A stretch of 64,000 nt of DNA. It comes from Squalus acanthias (lineage: Eukaryota). Of the stretch, positions 1-11,996 are shown piece by piece; position 1 is the first letter of the stretch, and the number at the start of each line of letters is the position of its first letter. A model generated the notes under the pieces. That model worked only from the letters and a program-made list of their open reading frames with translations. It was not told the DNA's origin and did not search any database. The translations under genes were made by a program, and so were the position numbers. The stretch spans positions 68,326,001 to 68,390,000 of the forward strand of contig CM059432.1 of the NCBI GenBank assembly GCA_030390025.1, written 5' to 3'.

Positions 1-467
1 TCTGTTTGTATATTTTTACGACGTGTAAATTAAAAACACCTCAACCGGGTGCACCATTGTCTTCTTAGCTACCTCAACTGGTTCCATTAAGAATTATGGA
101 GGGAAAATTCAGTTGGTTGCGCTTCCCATTAGCGCCTGAAGAGGGCGCTAATGGGGCGCAAAACAACTAGCGCCCGGGCACAGCAATGTTTGCACCGCTC
201 GCGAAATTAACTAGACATTTTGCGGCGGCGCTAAGCTTTACCGCCCCGATCTCCTGCACATGCAGATCTTGACATCATACAAGGGTGCAACGCCCCTGTG
301 GCGCCCCGGAGCGGAAAATGAGTGGTGTCCCCATCCTTTCCGCCTGGCGCAACCAACGGCCGGAAGACTGGAACGCTCCCCAGTCGCTGTGGGGCTGGGG
401 GGGTCGCTATTTAAAGGGAGCCTCTTCCTGTCTTTCCCTGTGGTAGACATTTTGCACCACTCGTTCT

Positions 468-511
468 GAGAGAGAGAGAGAGAGAGAGATTCGGAGAGAG
501 AGAAAGAGAGA
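468..511. repeat. (GA)n microsatellite in the Harbinger A leader
   Basis: Interrupted GA run; the homologous position in the derivative (40310-40330) is much shorter. Confidence 0.85.
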
Positions 512-694
512 CTTCTGCATTGAGTGAACGCTGTGTGAGGTAGTTTTGGCTACTGATCATAACTTTGCAGGTACTTTGGTTTTTGACCTTCATAACTTTG
601 ATTGCCAAGAGACTCGGGGGCTGCACTGATTGGGGGCGTCGTCCTGCGCCACCAAAATCGGAGGACACAGAGACGCAGAGAGAGAGTGGCAATC

Positions 695-1993
695 ATGGCC
701 AGATGGAGGAGGGCCAACAGGCCTCTGTACAGGAGACCTTACCCTCCCAGGGTATTTCGCCAACAATTCACATATATTAATATGTCTGAGGAGCAGTGTT
801 TGTGAAGGCTGCGCTTCAGCAAGGAGGTAGTCACTGAGCTCTGCCACCTGCTGCAGCCAGATCTGCAGCCTCAACTGAGGTCCAGGACATCTCTGTCGGT
901 GGCAGTGAAGATCACAGTGGCTCTGAACTTTTATGCCACTGGCTCATTTCAATCAGCTACTGGGGACATCGCCAATATCTCTGAGTTCGCGGTGCATTGC
1001 TGCATCCGTCAGGTCACAAATGCGCTCTTTAAAAGGAGACGAGAGTACATCTCTTTCCCCATGGCCCCAGACAAGCAGCAAGAACGCGCAATGGGCTTTG
1101 CTAGGATAGCGGGCTTCCCCATGGTGCAGGGCACCATTGACTGCACGCATGTGGCTTTGCGTGCTCCGCATGAGAATGCCGAGGATTTCCGCAACAGAAA
1201 GGGGTTCCATTCCTTAAACGTTCAGTTGGTCTGTGACCACAGACAGCTGGTACTCGCTGTCAATGCCCACTATCCTGGCAGCTGCCACGATGCATTCATC
1301 CTGCGCCAGACTACTGTGGCAGAACCTTTCCAGGCACCGCATCAGCCAGTTGGTTGGCTTCTCGGGGACAAGGGATATCCACTGAGCACCTGGCTGATTA
1401 CACCGCTCCGTACACCCAACACCCCTGCTGAGCTGCGGTACAATGAGAGCCATCAAGCTACCAGGAACATCGTTGAGCACACAATCGGTGTGCTGAAGCA
1501 ACGGTTCCGCTGTCTGGACCATTCTGGAGGAGCCCTGCAGTACTCGCCTGAGCGAGTTTCCCACTTCGTAGTTGTGTGCTGCATGCTGCATAACCTGGCA
1601 ATCCTCAGGACCCAGCCAATGCTACCAGGCCTTGGAGCACCACCAGAGGAGGAGGAGGAAGAGGAGGAGGAAGAGGAGGAGGATGATCATCAGCAGCACC
1701 AAGGCGGGAGGGAGGCCCACAATGTAGAAACTGGAAGGGCCGTCCGTCAACGGCTGATAGCAAGCCACTTCTCGGCCCCTGCTGAGGAAATGGCTTCTGT
1801 CATTGAGAACAACATGAATGAAACCAACCCGACCAAGGCAGCAATGATTCCAAAGACCAAACATGTACATTTTGAAAACAAAAACTTATTTATTTTACAA
1901 ACTCTGTGTGTATCATTTCCTCATGACAAACTAATAGAAAGAAACACAAAAACACAGTCATTAACACAACTGGTTCTCACAACCTGGAGATAA
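695..1993 (+). pseudogene. Harbinger (HARBI1-like) DDE transposase, near-intact with one in-frame stop
   Basis: ORFs 602..805 and 899..1993 share a frame, separated by TGA 803-805. Motifs GTIDCTHV, GSCHDA, LGDKGYP, RNIVEHTIGVLKQRFRCL, CCMLHN and a poly-E tail. Confidence 0.92.
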
Positions 1994-2360
1994 TGTCCAA
2001 AACACTAAACAAAAGTTTGACCACGAACCTCGGCCTTTAATAAAAAAATGACCAACATTTTGTCACACCTCCTACTTTTTGCCCTTCGAGGGTGATCTCC
2101 TTCCCTTGCGCACTTCCCCCCTTCCTACCCTACTGCTCCTCCGTAATGGGACCCCAGTGGCTGCAGCAAGGCTGGTGGAAGGCTGCTGATTGTCAGAACC
2201 TGAGACTGCAGATGCCCTTGAAGGACGGCCTCGACCAGCTCTGGGCCTGGAGGGCCCGGCTGCAGACTGCACCAACTCTGCATGGGCGGCAGCAGTCTGT
2301 CCTACAGGCGGTGGCAAGTGCAGTGGAGAAGTGACAGTGGTGGCAGCAGGAATTACTCAT

Positions 2361-2449
2361 TGTAACTTTACCTGAAGAAGGGGCGATAGCTCCGAAAGCT
2401 TATAATTTTAAATAAATCTGTTGGACTATAACCTGGTGTTGTGCGACTT
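2361..2449 (+). mobile_element. Penelope-derived short insertion (family A), single arm with hammerhead motif
   Basis: CTGAAGA-A-GGGGC-gata-GCTCC-GAAA-GCTT at 2372-2401; matches the right arm of 27006-27224; absent at the homologous Myb position near 43610. Confidence 0.8.
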
Positions 2450-3497
2450 CTCATCTTCACATAGGACAGCAACTCCCTGCTCGACCGACACACTGGCACT
2501 CCCACGGGGCAGCACGTCAGCATCCGGAGCAATCTGCTGGAGCACAGATTGCTGGCCTGCTGCAGCGCGGTGAGAACCCCGGGGAAATGTGTCCAAACCA
2601 GCGAGGATGGCAGCAGTCAGTGCTCGCGTGGCCTCAATCTGAGTCTGCATGAGAGCAGTCAGAGATGGGGTCATGGCAGCCATTGACTGTATTGCAGCAC
2701 TAAACATTTGCGTGGCATCCACCTGTGCTACAGCGAAGTGCTCCACACTCCTTGCCAGTGATTCAATGCATTTGGGCACCCTTCCCACTGCACCCATGAG
2801 CTGAGTGTGCATGTCCACCGCCTGGGTGTTCATTTCAGTGATGAGCTGCTCCTCCTCTGCGTCCAGTGCAGTAGGCCTCGTTAGCATACTCTCCCTCCGG
2901 GGAGAAGGCCCCCGAGCTTCCCTACCCCCATCGCGTTGCTGCAGCCCCGCTGGGTCCTGGAGCTTCACCCTCATCAGACCCTTCCCCCCTGCTCCCCTCC
3001 AGGGAAGGCGTGTTCCCAGTGTGGGCATGGGCTTCCTCGGGAGAGGGTGGTGCTGATGCTCCGCCTTCATCTTCCTCCTTGCCTGCAGCTTCACTCCCAC
3101 TGGCAGCTTGAGGGCCCGTCTCCTCAGCTGGTGAATCACCATCTGAAAGCAGGGAGGTACAAGAGTGGCTTTAGCGTGAGGACAGGGGGGAGTAAGGGAG
3201 GAATGAGTGCAGCGATTTAGTAAGTTGTATTGAAAGTGTCAAAGGCTGGTGTTGTGAGGGACAAGTGGAAGGACAGAGGACAAAAAGGTGATGGCCTTAA
3301 CATTGCTGTCCAGAACGGGGTCGGCGTCTCCAGTGGTGACGGGACCGATCACCCGGCTTGCCACAATCCTGTGGACGCGCGCCTCAAGATCGCTGAGGGG
3401 TTGCAGCTGAGGCTGCCCTCCACCCGTCCGTTGCTGCAGTCTCCTATTATGAGATAGCTTGGCCTGCATTAAAAAGGACGGCGTCTGAGTAAATATA

Positions 3498-3605
3498 CAG
3501 CCATGGTCTTGCCTGATGTGCCTCCCATAGGTGAATAGTCCTTACTGTATGCAGCCATGGTCTTGCCTGATGTGCCTCCCATAGGTGAATAGCCCTTACT
3601 GTATG
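3498..3605. repeat. Tandem duplication, 2 x 54 bp, in Myb intron 1
   Basis: CAGCCATGGTCTTGCC...CTTACTGTATG at 3498-3551 and 3552-3605, one mismatch. Confidence 0.95.
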
Positions 3606-5034
3606 CAAAGTGTGGAATGTGCGTGGGTGTTTCATGAGAGGGCCATAGGTGTTGGATGAGTGTTGGGCATTGGGGTTTTAAGACCCTCTGGCCATAGAGT
3701 GAGGTTGAGATGGAGGGATGGAGAGGTATTGAAAAAAAGCCACTCACCCTGACGACCCGAGTGAGGTCGTTGAACTTTTTTTGACATTGTATATGGGTCC
3801 TGGGCACCATGCTCCTGGAGGAGATGCTCTGAGCCACCTCCCTCCACACTTTTCTGTACTCGCGCGGCAAAGGCCTCCTGCCACTCTCAAGGAAGAGTAT
3901 AGATTTTCTGCGCTCCACCGCGCCAACCAGAAACTAAGCTCGTTCTCTCACACTATCCATAGTCCTTGGCTGGAAGATTTAGGCACAGGTCTCTCCAGGC
4001 CGAGATTCAAGGCTCCAATGAGCAGGGTGTGGCTGGAGTGCAAGATTGACCCTCCCCTTTAAGAACTGTCCGGCGCCAGTGTGTCTGTGTTCCATCGCTA
4101 ACTGACAGCACCTTAACAGGGTATACCATTGTGTTCTTTCCAAATCTGCAGACTTTAGGAACCTCGAACCTCCTGTTTCAACAAGGCTATTGATTCAGTG
4201 TCAACAACTTATCTTATCTCAAAAGCCTGTATGCTGTTTACAGCTTCTCCATTGTTGAGGCTTCCAGATTTTCAAACCCAGTTTGTCATGTTTTAATATA
4301 GTCAGAATTATTTGAAAGGACGGTGTATTTTTCTGAATATGGCGTATTCCTTCACACATTCGCTCCACACTCACAGCGACCCTGGAGACAAAACCTGCCA
4401 GAGACTCCTGCACCTGTTCCTAGAGTTCCAGCACCGCTCTCCTTCTGGATGGACCCGGAGGCACAGGGTCCACATGCAGCTGAGCCGAGCTGGCAGGGTC
4501 CTGCGCCCTCCGACGAGGACTCTACACTGCTGTCCCTGTCTCCACCATCTGCTGATGCTCACTTGTGAGCTGTGATACACCAGGTGACAACACTACTCTA
4601 CCTCGCGAAGGTCCCACCGAGGTGTGAGTGTCTGCGCTGGTGCTGTGTGCGCTGAATTCTGCTGACGCTGCACCCTCAGATTTGTAGCTTCCTCTGAGGT
4701 GTCTGGAGGCTCAGGCTGTTCCACCTGGACAGTGGGGACAGGGACTTTTGATGGTCCTGTGGGGGAGTAAAGGAAAGAGTTAGAGATGTGAGGTCAAGGT
4801 TGCATGCACATTGAATAGTGCAGATGATCATAATTCAATCTGTTAGAGCATCAGAATCATTATCAGTGACTCATGCAATGTCAATGAGAGAGATGCCAAA
4901 CTATTCTGTCACCAGCTTGCTGTGATGCGCCCTGTCTCTCCGTCCCCCAGAGAGTCAGAGTCATAGAGTTATACAGCACAGAAAGAGGCTCTTCGGCCCA
5001 TCGTGTCCGCGCAGGCCATCAAGCCCTGTCTATT

Positions 5035-7835
5035 CTAATCCCATTTTCCAGCACTTGGTCCGTAGCCTTGTATGCTATGGCATTTCAAGTGCTCATCTAA
5101 ATGCTTCTTGAATGTTGTGAGGGTTCCTGCCTCTACCACCCTTTCAGGCAGTGAGTTCCAGATTCCAACCACCCTCTGGGTGAAAAAGTTTTTCCTCAAA
5201 TCCCCTCTAAACCTCCTGCCCCTTACCTTGAAACTATGCCCCCTGGTTATTGACCCCTCTACTAAGGGGAAAAGCTCCTTTCTATCTACCCTATCTATGC
5301 CCCTCATAATTTTGTACACCTCAATCAGGTCCCCCCTCAGCCTTCTCTGCTCTAAGGAAAACAACCCCAGCCTGTCCAGTCTCTCGTCATAGCTGAAGCG
5401 CTCCAGCCCAGGTAACATCCTGGTGAATCTCCTCTGCACCCTCTCCAATGCAATCACATCCCTCCTATAGTGTGGTGACCAGAACTGCACACAGTATTCC
5501 AGCTGTGGCCTAACTAACGTTTTGTACAGCTCCATCATAACTTCCCTGCTCTTATATTCTATGCCTCGGCTAATGAAGGCAAGTATCCCATATGCCTTTT
5601 TAACCACCTTATCTACCTGTCCTGCTGCCTTCAGGGATCTATGTACATGCACACCAAGGTCCCTCTGATCCTCTGTCCTTCCTAGGATCCTACCATTCAT
5701 TGTGTATTCCCTTGCCTTGTTTGTCCTCCCAAAATGCATCACCTCACACTTTTCAGGGTTAAATTCCATTTGCCACTGTTCTGCCCATCTAACCATCCCG
5801 TCTATATTGTCCTGTAGCCTAAGGCTTCCCTCCTCGCTATTTACCACTCCACCAATTTTCGTGTAATCTGCGAACTTACTGATCATACCTCCTACATTCA
5901 TATCTAAATCATTAATGTACACTACAAACAGCAAAGGACCCAGCACCGATCCCTGTGGTACACCACTGGACACAGGCTTCCAGTCACAAAAACAACCTTC
6001 GAACATCACCCTCTGCCTCCTACCACTAAGCCAATTTTGGATCCAATGTGCCAAATTGCCCTGGATCCCATGGGCTCTTGCCTTCTTGACCAGTCTCCCA
6101 TGTGGGACTTTGTCAAAAGCCTTACTAAAGTCCATGTAGACTACATCAACTGCACTACCCTCATCCACACACCTAGTCACCCCCTCGAAAAATTCAATCA
6201 AATTGGTCAGACATGATCTCCCCCTGACAAAGCCATGCTGACTATCCCTGATTAATCCCTGCCTCTCCAAGTGGAGACTAATTCTGTCCCTCAGAATTTT
6301 TTCCAATAATTTCCCTACCACTGATGTTAGGCTCACTGGCCTGTAAATCCCTGGTTTTATCCCTACTACCCTTCTTGAACAATGGTACTACGTTAGCTGT
6401 TCCCCAGTCCTCTGGCACCTCCCCTGTGGCCAGAGAAGTTCTGAAAATTTGTGTCAGAGCCCCTGCAATCTCCTCCCTTGCCTCACACAGCAGCCTGGGA
6501 TACATCTCGTCTGGGCCTGGGGATTTATCCACTTTTAAGCCCGCTAAAACCGCTAGTACCTCCTCCCTCTCAATGCTAATTTGTTCAAGTATATCACAAT
6601 CCCCCTGCCTGATTTCTATGCCTACATCGTCCTTCTCCATAGTGAACACAAATGCAAAATATTAATTTAAAACCTCACCTACATCTTCCGGCTCTACACA
6701 CAGATTACCACTTTGGTCCCTAATGGGCCCTACTCTTTCCTTGGTTATCCTCTTGCCCTTAATATACTTATAAAGCACCTTGGGATTTTCCTTTATTTTG
6801 CCTGCCAGTGTTTTTTCATGCCCCCTCTTCGCTCTCCTAATTTCTTTTTTAAGTACCCCCCTGCACTTTCTATACTCCTCTAGGGCTTCCACTGTTTTTA
6901 GTCCTTTGTATCTGCCAAAAGCCTCCCTTTTTTCCCTAATCCATACTTGTATATCCCTTGACATCCAGGGTTCACTGGGCTTGTCGGTCCCACCCTTAAC
7001 CTTTACGGGAACATGTTGGCATTGTACTCTCTCTATTTCCTTTCTGAAAGTCTCCCATTGCTCTGATGTGGATTTTCTTACAAGTAGCTGATCCCAGTCC
7101 ATTTTGGCCAGCTCCTGCCTTATCATACTAAAATCGGCCTTCCCCCAATTTAGAACCTTTATTTCCGGTCCATCTTTGTCCTTTTCCATGACTACCTTAA
7201 ATCTCACCGAATTATGGTCACTGTCACCAAAATGCTCTCTACTGACACTTTTACCACTTCCCTAGAATTAGGTCCAGTACCGCCCCATCTCTTGTAGGAC
7301 TTTCTACATGCTGGCTCAAAAAGCTCTCCTGGATGCACTTTAAGAATTCTGCACCCTCTAAGCCTTTCACACTCTGACTATCCCAGTTAATATTGGGGAA
7401 GTTGAAATCCCCTACTATTATTACCCTATTATTTCTACACTTCTCTGAGATTTGCCTACATATCTGTTCCTCTATCTCCCCCTGACTGTTTGGGGGCCTA
7501 TAGTACACTGCCAGCAAAGTGCTTGCCCCCTTTTTGTTTTTAAGTTCTACCCATATGGCCTCATTAGAGGAACCTGCTCAGATATCATCCCTCCTTACTG
7601 CAGTAATTGACTCCTTGATTAATAATGCGACACCCCCTCCTCTTTTACACCTCCCTCTGTCTCACCTGAAGATTCTATACCCCGGAATATTGAGCTGCCA
7701 GTCCTGCCCCTCCCTCAACCATGTCTCTGTGATAGCAACAATATCATACTCCCATGTGTTCATCACCACCTTCAATTCATCTGCCTTACTTGCAAGACTC
7801 CTTGCATTAAAATAAATGCCATCCAGCCTTGCCAT
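5035..7835 (-). pseudogene. CR1 ORF2 (APE endonuclease + reverse transcriptase), disrupted
   Basis: YYRPPN, GDFNFP, KSPGPD, GVPQGSVLGP, KFADYTK; broken by frameshifts (~7255, ~6350) and a stop at 6662. Confidence 0.93.
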
Positions 7836-7954
7836 ACTCCCTTGTGCCGTTACATATTTGCTCTACCTTCTAGGCTGACTTGTTTTTTCCTCTATATTTG
7901 GCTGTGCATCACCCCCTACAATAACTCCACTCCGTATCCCATCCCCCTGCCAAG

Positions 7955-8905
7955 TTAATTTAAACCCCCCCCAACAGTACTACCAAACCTCCCCACAAGG
8001 ATGTTGGTTCCGTTCCGGTTCAGGTGCAACCCATCCGACTTGTAAAGGTCCCACCTTCCACAGAAGCAGACCCAGTGATCCAGGAAACTAAAGCCCTCCC
8101 TCCTGCACCAACTCTTTAGCCACGCATTCATCTGCTCTATCCTTCTATTCCTATACTCACTAGCATGTGGCACTGAGAGTAATCCAGAGATTACAACCTT
8201 TGAGGTCCCGCTTTTTAATCTGCTACCTAGCTCCCTAAATTCTTGTTGCAGAACCTCATCCCTCTTTCTACCCATGTCATTGGTACCAATGTGAACCATG
8301 ACTTCTGACTGTTCGCCCTCCCCCTTCAGAATGCCCTGCAGCTGTTCAGTGACATCCTTGATCCTGGCACCAGGGAGGCAACATACCATCCTGGAGTCAC
8401 GTCTGCGACCACAGAAACATCTATCTGTTCCCCTTACGATAGAATCCCCTATCACTATTGCTCTCCCACTCTTTTTCCTCCCCTCCTGTGCAGCTGAGCC
8501 ACTCGTAGTGCCATGGACTTGGCTCTTGCTGCATTCCCCTGAGAAACCATCTCCCCCAGCAGTATCCAAAACGGAAAATCTGTTGGAGAGGGAGATGGAC
8601 CCAGGGGACTCCTGCACTACCTTCCTAGCTCTTTTACTCTGTCTGGCGGTCACCCATTTCCTGTCTGCCTGTGCACTCTTTACTTGCGGTGTGACCACCT
8701 CGTTAAACGTGCTATCCACGAAGATCTCAGTTTCACGGATGCTCCACAGTGACTTCAGCCGCAGCTCCAGCTCTGAAACGTGGATTTCGAGTAGCTGCAG
8801 CTGGAGACATTTCCTGCAGATGTGTTCGCCCTGCACACCGAAAGTGTCCCTGACTTCCCACATAGCACAGGAGGAGCACTCCACGCAGCCGAGCTGCCCT
8901 GCCAT
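7955..8905 (-). CDS. CR1 ORF1: zinc finger/leucine zipper + SGNH esterase-like domain (open, 316 aa)
   Basis: CSSC...CRKC followed by Leu heptads; GDSIVR, GTND and DGLHL blocks typical of vertebrate CR1 ORF1. Confidence 0.9.
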   Translation of the reverse strand: MAGQLGCVECSSCAMWEVRDTFGVQGEHICRKCLQLQLLEIHVSELELRLKSLWSIRETEIFVDSTFNEVVTPQVKSAQADRKWVTARQSKRARKVVQESPGSISLSNRFSVLDTAGGDGFSGECSKSQVHGTTSGSAAQEGRKKSGRAIVIGDSIVRGTDRCFCGRRRDSRMVCCLPGARIKDVTEQLQGILKGEGEQSEVMVHIGTNDMGRKRDEVLQQEFRELGSRLKSGTSKVVISGLLSVPHASEYRNRRIEQMNAWLKSWCRREGFSFLDHWVCFCGRWDLYKSDGLHLNRNGTNILVGRFGSTVGGGLN

Positions 8906-10390
8906 GTCCTACCCTTAATTTACTCCCTTTACTTCCTTTAAATTAAAGAATATTAAATACCCTAGGGACCTTACTTCCCTTTAAACACTACTTACTCTAA
9001 ACTAGAGACCTTACTTTGACTTTAACGACTGGACTGTAGAAATACTCACCAGGTCCTACTTACCAATCAGCTCCTTCCCTGGTTGTGACGTCACTTTAGC
9101 GGTTTCACAGTTGTTGCTGTTTGACTGCTCCCGCTCTCAGACTCTTTCCTTGGTGTAAAGTAAGAACCAATTCCTGCAGGGTGAAAAGTTAGGAAAAACA
9201 AAGGTGAAGCAAGGGAGCTCCTCCTTCCACTCCTCACTTAACTCCCTGACTCACCCAACTCGCAGCAGTCTGTTTAAACCGCACTCAGTCTCTGCGCTCG
9301 GTCTCCACCCAGGGCTGCTCTCGCTGCTGCTGCCAGTGAGTCTGGGCTGCTCTCTCTCTCCCCCGCTCTTTAAATCCTCGGTCTCTGCGCTCAGTCTCCA
9401 CCCAGGGCCGCTCTCGCTGCCTCTGCTGCTATCTGCCGTCCTCGATCCCAGCGATTTCCAGGGCCGCCTCCTCCCAGGCGGTGAGCTGGGCTACTGAGGG
9501 TGGCCCTCCTCCTGTCATGGATCTTTCCCTCTTATTGTGGGCTCTCTTTTCCTGCAATGAGCGACACAAGTGGAGTTTGAGTGAGAATGAAGGAGTGAGT
9601 GTAGAGAATCCAGAGCATAGATGCTTAGAAGGAGACAAAGGACCCTCCCTGTGTGTTGTAAGTTGTTGTCGTTGCATCACAGTGATAGGGAGTGTGAGGG
9701 CTGCATGGTCGAATAGTTAAGTGAATGTGACCATAGAGAGAGAGGGAATGGGTAAGGGTGCAGGGATGTAAGTGTCAAGTGGGATATGGAGGAAGCGGTT
9801 GGCAAAGCAGAGTGCTGGTGATGAGAGGCGATAGGGATCAGATTGAGGGTGATGGGAAAGTCATACTCACTTTTCCTGTGCGGAGAAGGTCATGAAACCT
9901 CTTCCTGCATTGCAGCCAGGTTCTGCGGCTCATCGAGATGGAGTTGACCTCCTGGGCCACTTGCAGCCACACAGCTTTAGACTGCTGGGGTGGCTTTTTT
10001 CTCCCTGAGGAAGGGAAGAGCACCTCCTTATTGGATCTTGCTCCCTCCACCAGAGCTTGGAGGGAGGGCTCATCGAAGCGTGGAGCACACTTTGGCCTAC
10101 TGGTGGACATAGTCGATCAATGAAGTGCTTACTACAATGGCCATAAAATTTGCAGTCTCCAGAAGAAGCAAGGCTGCTTGCAGGCCTTAAATCCAGCAGC
10201 ATTGATGATGTCATCGGAGGCATCTTTCTGGATGAAAAGACTCATTGGGCCAGGGGTTCCCACACGCTGGAAATCAATTGTCCAGTTAGGGGAAAATCGC
10301 ACTTTTTCCCTACTTCACTTCGGAGTCGGGGTGCTGACACGAATGTCACCTGACACGCCCCAGCTCGCCCACAATGGCAAAATCAAGCCC

Positions 10391-10957
10391 ATAGAGTCAT
10401 ATGGCACAGAAGGAGGCCATTCGACTCATCGAGTCCGTGCGGCTCTCTGTCGAGCAATCCAGTCAGTCCTATTCCCCCGCTCTATCCCCTTATCCCTGCA
10501 AGTTTATTTCCCTCAAGTGCCTATCCAGTCTCCCCTTGAAAACATTGAGTGTGTCCGCTTCCACCACTTCTGTCAGCAGCAAATTCCAGGTCCTCACCAC
10601 TCGCTGCGTAAAAAAGATTTTCCTCACGTTCCCCCTGTATCTCTTGCCCAAAACCTTAAATCTGTGTCCCCTAGTCCTTGTACCATCAACTAGTGGGAAC
10701 AACCTTTCCCCGTCTAGCCTATCCAAACCCGTCATAGTCTTTTACACCTCCATCAAATCACCCCTCAACCTGCTTTGCTTTAATGAAAACAAATCCAGCT
10801 TCTCCAACCTGTCCTTGCAGCTAAGATCCCTCATCCCCAGAACCATTCTAGTAAATCTCCTCTGCACCCTCTCAAGGGCCTTCACATCCTTCCTAAAGTG
10901 TCGTGACCAGAACTGGACGCAATACTCCAGTTGTGGCCCAACCAGCACTTTATAAAG
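10391..10957 (-). mobile_element. 5'-truncated CR1 (RT C-terminus + 3' end)
   Basis: LEYCVQFWS, RTRGHRFK, FFTQRVV; tail abuts the Harbinger B TIR. Confidence 0.9.
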
Positions 10958-10959
10958 AG

Positions 10960-11206
10960 CTGCAGACACCAGCACTGTCAGCCTGTTTCCACACTAGGTT
11001 CGCGTTGGTGACATTAAGTCGGCGTTGCACACCGATTTACATCATCACGCCGCCATTTTTTCCCCCCCGAGCGCTGCCAGTAAGGGGGAGAGCAATATGG
11101 CAGCTGCTGCGGGACCCACCACTGGCTTTCAAAAGAGCAACAGCCGCCATTTTATTGCCATTTCATGGCGCTACAGAGTGTCGGTAAGCAGATGAATTTC
11201 TAGCCC
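10960..11206. mobile_element. Partial Harbinger-type MITE end
   Basis: GC-rich segment ending in GAATTTCTAGCCC, similar to other TIRs here; partner end not found. Confidence 0.5.
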
Positions 11207-11244
11207 CTGATCTCTTAGACCAAGAAGGTTTCAGAGGACTTGAG

Positions 11245-11860
11245 GAAACTACTTATGAAAGTAGCAGGCTATTTGGCCCATCATGCTTGTGCCAGTGCTA
11301 GTTCTTCCAATGGAGTTAACCACTTAAATGCCATTTCCCTATGCTTTGCCTGGACCATTTTACATTCAGCTTTTTCAAATACTTATCCTGTTCCATTTTG
11401 AATGATATAGTCTATGATTCAACACCCACTTATTGGTAAAACATTCCACATTCTAATATGTTGTGTGAAAAAAAATCTTCTAACTTTCCCCTTCATTATT
11501 CTATTGACAGTCTGAAATTTTGTGTCCCCTTGTTACTGATTTACCAACCAGTGGAAACAATCTTTTATGATTTGCTCTCTTAACACCATTCATTACCTTG
11601 GAAACTTCTACTAGACACACCTTTAACCTCTTTGTTACAGTGAAAAAAGCCTCAATTTTCCAACCATTCTTTATAACTATAACCTTTCATTCCTGGTATA
11701 ATTTCAGTGAATCATCACTGTACCCTTTCCATGGTCCGAATGTCATTTCTTTAATAGGGTGCCCAGAGCTCCATGCAACACATTAACTGTATCTTAACCA
11801 ATGCCTCGGACAAATTTAACAAAACTCCCTCACTGATATATTTAATGCCTTTATGTATAA
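11245..11860 (-). mobile_element. Old, degenerate CR1 3' fragment
   Basis: Diverged similarity to 10391-10957 (e.g. TGTGTCCCCTTGTTACTG, AGTGGAAACAAT). Confidence 0.65.
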
Positions 11861-11996
11861 CATAAAGGGATCGAAATTGGGCTCGCTTACGCACGTTTTT
11901 TGGTCGCTATGAGGCCCCTTAAGCGTTGAAAATGGTGGAGTGTGTGCACTCTGACTGGATGCCATCTTCATAAAGGTGTTTGTGCGTGTGCACCTA

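Larger units (their letters stand above)
2072..3960 (-). pseudogene. Harbinger A Myb/SANT-like DNA-binding gene, 3 exons (3960-3748, 3463-3301, 3142-2072)
   Basis: Exon 1 VWREVAQ...QCQKKFNDLTR followed by GTGAGT; exon 2 acceptor TGCAG|GCC; exon 2 donor mutated to TTAAG; exon 3 acceptor TTTCAG. Same layout as the other copies. Confidence 0.85.
98..4107 (+). mobile_element. PIF/Harbinger DNA transposon copy A (transposase + convergent Myb/SANT gene), right end truncated
   Basis: Left TIR GGAGGGAAAATTCAGTTGGTTGCGC at 98. 98-470 and 3990-4107 match the two ends of the TSD-bounded derivative at 39808-40700. Homology stops at ~4107, before the expected right TIR. Confidence 0.9.
4952..9431 (-). 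mobile_element. Full-length CR1 LINE (5'UTR, ORF1, ORF2, 3' microsatellite tail)
   Basis: Complete CR1 architecture; CTATGACTCTGACTCT tail near 4952-4967; boundaries set by the interrupted Myb exon. Confidence 0.93.
4330..10110 (-). pseudogene. Harbinger B Myb/SANT gene; exon 2 split by the CR1
   Basis: Exon 1 MSTSRPKCAPRF...VWLQVA...QCRKRFHDL followed by GTGAGT; exon 2 EKRAHNKRERSMTGGGPP...IEDGR breaks at ~9431 and resumes (SLGDGETG) at ~4953. Confidence 0.85.
4325..10390 (+). mobile_element. Harbinger copy B remnant (Myb gene + right end), interrupted by a CR1
   Basis: Right TIR CAAAATCAAGCCC ends at 10390; 10145-10390 is homologous to 22790-23043; no transposase or left end seen. Confidence 0.8.

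Noticed and set aside
899..1993. Domesticated HARBI1 or NAIF1/MSANTD host gene
   Set aside because: It lies inside a TIR-bearing multicopy element, has an upstream in-frame stop and has decayed paralogues in the same window.
5072..8918. Antisense ORFs over CR1 (e.g. 8298..8918, 5072..5392) and most short ORFs in the track
   Set aside because: Shadow frames of TE coding sequence or GC-rich MITE interiors, with no independent motifs.
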